Assembly: GCA_963710755.1 (NCBI GenBank) | Contig: CAVQBK010000003.1 | Span: 1,024,001-1,088,000 of the forward strand | DNA: 64,000 nt | Direction: 5' to 3' | Source of the DNA: an uncultured bacterium | GTDB lineage: Bacteria; Oederibacteriota; JAAXVQ01; JAUVAV01 | Notes under the pieces: model-generated | Database searches by the model: none | What the model saw: only the letters and a program-made list of their open reading frames with translations | Told to the model about the DNA's origin: nothing | Position numbers and translations under genes: made by a program | Part shown: piece after piece, positions 58,562-64,000 of the stretch | Numbering within the stretch: the first letter of the stretch is position 1 | Layout: every line of letters begins with the position of its first letter

Positions 58562-60994
58562 ATGCCAATTTTGTTTGAGAAGTTGAAAAAGAAAAGGAAA
58601 ACCCGGACCACACGCGAACCCCACCTAACCTTGAAGGAAATTTTTTCAGGCCGACGGCGCAATGAAATTAAAGGTATCGCCTGTTGGGCATTGAGCGTGC
58701 TTTTGATTGCAGCCTTTTGGCCTCACCAGGCCGATCAGAATCTGATTGGTCCCCTGGGCGAGATCATTTATCGTCTGGCATTTGCTCTGGTGGGGGTCAT
58801 GCTGTACCTTTTGCCGGCTGCTCTGGTTGCAGCTGGTTGGATGATTTTCCGGCAAAAGGAAATGGAGCATAAATCCTTTAAGGTGTTGGGTTGGGTGTTG
58901 GGATTTTTATCCCTCGGCATTTTAATCGAGTTAATTTATCCCCATGATATTGTTTTTAAGCAAGTGCCATCCTTTTATTATTGGCACGGAGCAGCAGCTT
59001 TTTGGAAGAAAATGCCGGCGTTGCTGCATCTTTGGACCACCGTGGCCTTGCCGGCCGGTGGCTTGGTGGCTGACAGTATGACCCGGGTGTTGCAATCCCT
59101 TTTTGCTACCGTGGGCACGACCATCATCAGCGGTGTGGTGTTGGTGTTGGCGCTTTATCTGCTGGAGTTGGAAACCTATGTGCTCCGTGGCCTTAGACGC
59201 TTTCGGGACCGCATGAGCGCGGCCCTGAGTCAGGCCAAGACCGCATCGCTCAAAGGGTTTGATTATGCCCGGCCTCCGGTCGCTGAGGTGAAGAAAAATG
59301 AAAAGCGGGGAACAGTAAAAAAAGCGCAGGTCCAGTCGCTTCCGGAAACACCCGAACCCCGTCCCAAAATAAAGATTAACGCCCTGCCCGGTCCGGGCAG
59401 CAGCAAAATCCCCGCCACTCTGCCGGAAACACCGGCACCCCAGGCTGTGACCGCCGCCCAACGGGAGGCCATGTCAGTGGCCACCGAGGACAAACCTTAT
59501 CAACTGCCGGGGCTGGAGCTGTTGGAAGACCCCCGGCCCAATCCTGCTTTGACTACCGCCTACTTTGAAAATATGAGCAACACTTTGGAACAGGCATTGG
59601 CTCAGTTCGGCGTGGCGGCCAAAGTGGTGGAAGTCTGTCCCGGGCCGGTGGTCACACGCTATGAATTGCAGCCTTCGCCGGGCGTGAAAATTAACCGGAT
59701 TATTTCCCTCAGCGATGATATTGCCTTGACCATGCGCGCTGCCCATGTGCGCATAGAGGCACCCATTCCCGGTAAGGGCGCCGTGGGTATTGAAGTGCCC
59801 AATCAGGAAAAACAAATTGTGGTCATCAAAGAACTGCTGGCCTCGCAAAAATGTCAGGACCAGCAGTCCTTGCTGACTTTTGCTGTGGGCAAAGACATTG
59901 GCGGAGAGCTGATCTTTGGCGAGCTTAATTCCATGCCCCACCTGTTGATAGCCGGAGCCACCGGGTCGGGCAAGAGCGCCTGTATGAACGGTATTATCAG
60001 CAGCATCCTGTACCGGGCCAAACCGGATCAAGTCAAATTGCTCATGATCGATCCCAAACGGGTGGAGCTGACGGTGTACAACGGCATTCCTCATCTGATC
60101 AGTCCGGTGATTACCGACAGCCGGGAAGCCGCCGGCGCGCTGAGATTGCTGGTACGCGAGATGGAAGAGCGCTACAAGCGTCTGGCGGAATTGGGCGTGC
60201 GCGACATCACCGGCTATAACCAAAAGGTGCAGGAAGAACAGGCGGCTTGGCAAACGCAGGACCAGCAAGGGGAAGAAGTCTCCCGGCCGGTGTTGAATTC
60301 CATGCCCTTTATTTTGATTTTTATTGATGAACTGGCTGACTTGATGATGGTGGCGGCCAACGAGGTGGAAAACACCTTAGCCCGCTTGGCCCAAATGGCT
60401 CGGGCCGTGGGCATTCATATGGTGCTGGCGACGCAACGGCCGTCGGTGGATGTGATCACAGGAGTAATCAAAGCCAATTTTCCTTCGCGGATTGCTTTTC
60501 AAGTTTCCTCGAAGGTGGATTCACGCACCATTCTCGACGCTAATGGTGCTGATGCTTTATTGGGCAAGGGAGATATGTTATATTCATTGGCGTCGTTAAA
60601 CAAGCCGCTGCGGGTACAAGGTGTGTTCATTACCACCAAGGAAGTGGAACGGGTGGTACGCTTTTGGAAAAAGCAAGGGCAGCCTGTCTTTGATGAATCT
60701 TTCTCTCAGGAAAAATTAAAAACCCTGGCTAATGGCAATGGTGGTGGCACCGGTCAGGGGGGTGAAGATGATTTGTACCAGCAAGCGGTAGCCTGGGTGG
60801 TTCGGGCCAAACAAGCCAGCACGTCCATGCTGCAAAGACGGTTAAAAATCGGCTATTCCCGTGCGGCCCGGCTGCTGGACCTGATGGAAGAAAACGGCAT
60901 TGTAGGACCGCCGGAGGGCAGCAAACCGAGAAAAGTTTTGGTGGAGGAAGATCAGGATATGACCTCCAATGCTTTGGAAGGACGGTCAATGTGA
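58562..60994 (+). CDS. ftsK: DNA translocase FtsK/SpoIIIE
   Basis: N-terminal TMs, GPVVTRYE, PHLLIAGATGSGKS, IDELADLM, ATQRPSVDV, gamma domain LQRRLKIGYSRAARL; start uncertain (58544-58562). Confidence 0.97.
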   Translation: MPILFEKLKKKRKTRTTREPHLTLKEIFSGRRRNEIKGIACWALSVLLIAAFWPHQADQNLIGPLGEIIYRLAFALVGVMLYLLPAALVAAGWMIFRQKEMEHKSFKVLGWVLGFLSLGILIELIYPHDIVFKQVPSFYYWHGAAAFWKKMPALLHLWTTVALPAGGLVADSMTRVLQSLFATVGTTIISGVVLVLALYLLELETYVLRGLRRFRDRMSAALSQAKTASLKGFDYARPPVAEVKKNEKRGTVKKAQVQSLPETPEPRPKIKINALPGPGSSKIPATLPETPAPQAVTAAQREAMSVATEDKPYQLPGLELLEDPRPNPALTTAYFENMSNTLEQALAQFGVAAKVVEVCPGPVVTRYELQPSPGVKINRIISLSDDIALTMRAAHVRIEAPIPGKGAVGIEVPNQEKQIVVIKELLASQKCQDQQSLLTFAVGKDIGGELIFGELNSMPHLLIAGATGSGKSACMNGIISSILYRAKPDQVKLLMIDPKRVELTVYNGIPHLISPVITDSREAAGALRLLVREMEERYKRLAELGVRDITGYNQKVQEEQAAWQTQDQQGEEVSRPVLNSMPFILIFIDELADLMMVAANEVENTLARLAQMARAVGIHMVLATQRPSVDVITGVIKANFPSRIAFQVSSKVDSRTILDANGADALLGKGDMLYSLASLNKPLRVQGVFITTKEVERVVRFWKKQGQPVFDESFSQEKLKTLANGNGGGTGQGGEDDLYQQAVAWVVRAKQASTSMLQRRLKIGYSRAARLLDLMEENGIVGPPEGSKPRKVLVEEDQDMTSNALEGRSM

Positions 60995-61740
60995 AAGCAC
61001 TATGCCTAGGTCTGGCGCTGGGCGCCTGGCTGCTTATGGGCGCAGGCCAACGGCCGCAAGTGGCCGCCACGGCTCGTCCGATAGCCACGCCAACGTTTAC
61101 AGCTACGGTCACACCTGCGGCGGTTGTTCCCGTCGAATTATCCGCAGCTGCTCGGGCCCTGACGCGGGCTCAGTCGCGCCTGCTCTTTATCCAGGCTGAT
61201 TTTAAAATGACGGTCGATGATGCTAAGACCGCCAAACCGTTTTTGAACGCTTCCGGAGAAGTGTGGTTGGCCAATGAGCGGCGTTACCGGGTGCAGTATC
61301 AAACACCGCAGCGGCAATTGTTGGTTTCCAATGGGCACCAGCGCTGGTTATATTTACAAGCCATAAATCAAGTTCAGCTGCAGGCGCTACCGCCACAGGG
61401 TAATCCTACGGAGTTTTTTCTTGAACTCGGCGGCGGTCTTGCGCGCTTGGTAAAGCACGCCCGGGTCACCCGCCGGCAAGAGGGCAATCTGGAAGTCTAT
61501 ACGCTAATCCCCGAATCAGGCCAGGACAGCCTATATAAAAAAGCCGTGCTCTGGACCAAAGGAAAAAACAGCCTGCCGGTCAAGCTGATGGTGTTGGCCG
61601 AGCGGCGGGTGCAAGTGAGCTTTGAGCTCAAGCAAGTCAAATTAGCGGGGGAAAATCTGACAGCTTCGGAAAAAGCACTGTTTCAATTTCAGATCCCCAA
61701 AGATGCGGAAGTGATTGAAATGCTTGCGCCTATGCCCTAG
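60991..61740 (+). CDS. LolA-like outer-membrane lipoprotein carrier
   Basis: Signal peptide; ADFKM, SGEVWL, YRVQY..P..QLLVSNG...WLY, FQFQIPKDAEVI; follows ftsK. Confidence 0.78.
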   Translation: MKALCLGLALGAWLLMGAGQRPQVAATARPIATPTFTATVTPAAVVPVELSAAARALTRAQSRLLFIQADFKMTVDDAKTAKPFLNASGEVWLANERRYRVQYQTPQRQLLVSNGHQRWLYLQAINQVQLQALPPQGNPTEFFLELGGGLARLVKHARVTRRQEGNLEVYTLIPESGQDSLYKKAVLWTKGKNSLPVKLMVLAERRVQVSFELKQVKLAGENLTASEKALFQFQIPKDAEVIEMLAPMP

Positions 61741-61961
61741 GAGGCTGAGCAATTAGTTGCTCCAACTCAAGAGCAATTGAAAATCAATAATAGAAAGTAG
61801 AAAACCACACCAGTGCGGGCGATTTGTGTATTTTAGACTGCTTGTTGAGACACCTTGTTGCACAGGGCTATACAAAGGTTCCGGTTAAACGACAAGCAAA
61901 TTGGTCTGAACCAATATCATATTAATGAAATGGTCAATCTCCTGGAGGAGGATAAAGACAA

Positions 61962-62756
61962 ATGAGCGAAATCAAAAGAACAGAAGTAGAAGAACAAGCC
62001 CAAGGAGCGGAATTAGGGCTGGGCGAACAACTCAGAGCCCAGCGCAAGGCGCGGGGCATCTCTTTGGTGGAAGTCACGGAGCATACCAAGATCGGCAAAA
62101 AGTATTTGGAAGCCCTGGAAGATGAGCGGTTTGATTTTTTGCCGTCACCAGCTTATATTAAAGGCTTTCTGCGTGCCTATGCCAAGTATTTGGAACTTGA
62201 TGATGAAAAGATGATCCGTCAGTACAAAACCAGGTTCCGCAATCCGGAAGGAGAAAAAGAGGATCAACCTGGCGAAGAGCAGGAAAAGCAAAACAACCAG
62301 TCTATTTGGATTCCGCTGTTGTCCATGATCATTCTGGCGGGCTTGGGGGCAGGCGTGTTTTTATTGTGGCCATCAGAAGAGCCGCAGGATCAGGAAGTGG
62401 TGCAGGAAGCGATTCTTCCATCGGCGGTCAATGAAGGTACCGAGGCAGCGGTACCGGGTGTACCCGGCGCCAATGATATGTTGACCTTGAAGATACGGGC
62501 CAAGGAACGTACCTGGATTACCTTGATGATCGATGGCAAGCAGGAACCGGATATCACGCTGGCAGCCAACGAAGAGCGGCAATGGCGGGCCAAAGACCGA
62601 TTCGTGCTTTGGACCGGCAATGCCGGGGGTATCGAGGTTTATTTTAACGGTGTGCTGCAACCGGCCCTGGGCAGGACTGGGGAAGTACGCAAGGAAATCA
62701 TTTTTGAACGTAAAAATCCGTTGGTCAATAACGAGAACGTCCCCACCGAACCTTAG
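61962..62756 (+). CDS. rodZ: RodZ-like HTH-TM-DUF4115 protein
   Basis: LGEQLRAQR, TKIGKKYLEALE, YIKGFLRAYAKYL, TM, TGNAGGIEVYFNG. Confidence 0.88.
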   Translation: MSEIKRTEVEEQAQGAELGLGEQLRAQRKARGISLVEVTEHTKIGKKYLEALEDERFDFLPSPAYIKGFLRAYAKYLELDDEKMIRQYKTRFRNPEGEKEDQPGEEQEKQNNQSIWIPLLSMIILAGLGAGVFLLWPSEEPQDQEVVQEAILPSAVNEGTEAAVPGVPGANDMLTLKIRAKERTWITLMIDGKQEPDITLAANEERQWRAKDRFVLWTGNAGGIEVYFNGVLQPALGRTGEVRKEIIFERKNPLVNNENVPTEP

Positions 62757-62791
62757 GGTCATGTCTCACACATAAGGTGAATATCTTGGTG

Positions 62792-63058
62792 GTCATCCCG
62801 TTAGGATGCCAAACGGGATCCAGAGGACTTTGTGGAATTTTAAATCTAAATCGACCAAGTTGGAACAAAAGTTTTGTCTAGCGCAAAGCCGCAGAGTTAA
62901 GGATCTTATCAATATGTTTATTCTTTCTTTGTGCCTTGGTCTGCTGCTTGTGTCCGGTGCGAATAGGCGTGATTTAATTATCTACATTAAATGCGTTTAG
63001 TCTGGAATCACAGAAATAAAAGGCCGCTGGATTCCGGCTGGAATCGTGTCGGAATGAC
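62792..63058. repeat. Inverted pair of GTCAT...GGATCCAG-type palindromic repeats
   Basis: gtcatcccg...cgggatccag (62792-62823) and ctggattccggc...gtcggaatgac (63027-63058). Confidence 0.55.
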
Positions 63059-63131
63059 GAACATCGTCTTTCAAAATTATTTATATGATACCACAGTGGA
63101 ACAATTTACCCGGAAGACTAGGAGGCTTAAA

Positions 63132-63629
63132 ATGGCTCAAGACCATTCTTTTGATATTGTCTGCCAATTGGACAAACAGGAAATAATCAACGCAATTCAG
63201 CAAACGGAACGGGAAGTCGGCCAGCGCTATGATTTTAAAGGGGCTCAGGTGAAAATGGATTTTGATGCCAAAGCCATGACCCTGACGCTGAGTGCTGAAA
63301 GTGATTTCAGACTGAAAGCCTTGGTGGAAGTTCTGGATGGACGGCTCAGTAAACGGCAAATACCTTTGGCTGCCATCAAGAAGGATAAAATCGAAACCTC
63401 TTCCAGCGGTCATGCCCGACAATTGGTGCATTTGCAAAGCGGTATTCCCGGTGATAAGGCCAAAGAGATAGTCAAACGGATCAAGGACACTAAATTAAAA
63501 GTACAGGCCGCTATCCAAGGGGATCAGGTGAGGGTGACGGGCAAAGTCCTGGACGACTTGCAGACTATCCAGAAAATGATCAAGGATGCCAACCTGGATT
63601 TTCATGTTCAATTTACCAATTACCGGTGA
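63132..63629 (+). CDS. yajQ: YajQ-family nucleotide/c-di-GMP-binding protein
   Basis: SFDIV, RYDFKG, KLKVQAAIQGDQVRVTGK..DDLQ, QFTNYR; AGGAGG RBS before ATG 63132. Confidence 0.95.
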   Translation: MAQDHSFDIVCQLDKQEIINAIQQTEREVGQRYDFKGAQVKMDFDAKAMTLTLSAESDFRLKALVEVLDGRLSKRQIPLAAIKKDKIETSSSGHARQLVHLQSGIPGDKAKEIVKRIKDTKLKVQAAIQGDQVRVTGKVLDDLQTIQKMIKDANLDFHVQFTNYR

Positions 63630-63643
63630 GTGGGATCGCGGTT

Positions 63644-64000
63644 ATGCCTTCCTCCAAGCCGGCACGCCGGTTCCAACCCCGGCCTCCCATCACGGTGGCG
63701 GCCATCTCTCTGGGCTGTCCTAAAAATCAAGTGGATACGGAAAATCTGCTGGCCGTTTTAGGCCGCCATGGGCTGAAGTTTGTTGACGATGCCGACGGGG
63801 CCGACTGGCTGGTGGTCAATACCTGCGCCTTTATCCGTTCTGCGGAAGAAGAAACGGTCGAGGCCTTGATACAAGCTGCGGCACTCAAGCGCAAGCAGGG
63901 CGTCCAGCGCTTGATTGTGATTGGGTGCCTGGTCAAGAAACACGGGGAAGGGCAACTGCAGCGGCTCATTCCGGAAATTGATCTGGCGTTGCCGCCACAA
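63644..64000 (+). CDS. rimO: Ribosomal protein S12 methylthiotransferase, N-terminal part (runs off the window)
   Basis: Own translation: ISLGCPKNQVDTE, VVNTCAFI, IVIGCL. Confidence 0.92.
   Translation, partial: MPSSKPARRFQPRPPITVAAISLGCPKNQVDTENLLAVLGRHGLKFVDDADGADWLVVNTCAFIRSAEEETVEALIQAAALKRKQGVQRLIVIGCLVKKHGEGQLQRLIPEIDLALPPQ

Overview
Core-chromosome segment of a probably diderm bacterium (it has hldD, lolA-like and AsmA-like genes). Almost all genes lie on the + strand. I found no rRNA, tRNA, CRISPR array, transposase or prophage gene. Housekeeping blocks: infB-DUF503-rbfA-nrnA-truB-ribF; pcrA; glpK; a fabK-like gene; gatCAB; rlmD; polA-coaE; rho-rpmE-thyX-prfA-prmC; recA; two sugar-phosphate enzymes; M16 peptidase-rnj-ftsK-lolA-rodZ-yajQ-rimO. 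These are interleaved with signalling genes: STAS/PP2C, a double-Cache MCP, two GAF-GGDEF cyclases and a REC-GAF-HD-GYP protein. The most unusual element is a tightly coupled chemosensory-like operon (34343-44672) with no CheA and no MCP. It contains a CheW fused to an MshEN-like (c-di-GMP-binding family) N-terminus, two long TPR-only proteins and a divergent P-II protein. Also notable are a 37-aa Lys-rich histone-H1-like gene with its own promoter and terminator (not in the ORF track), a 13-unit 45-bp tandem array between rnj and ftsK that resembles the local REP palindromes, and a candidate frameshifting uORF upstream of prfA. All product calls come from motif recognition by eye; no database search was run.
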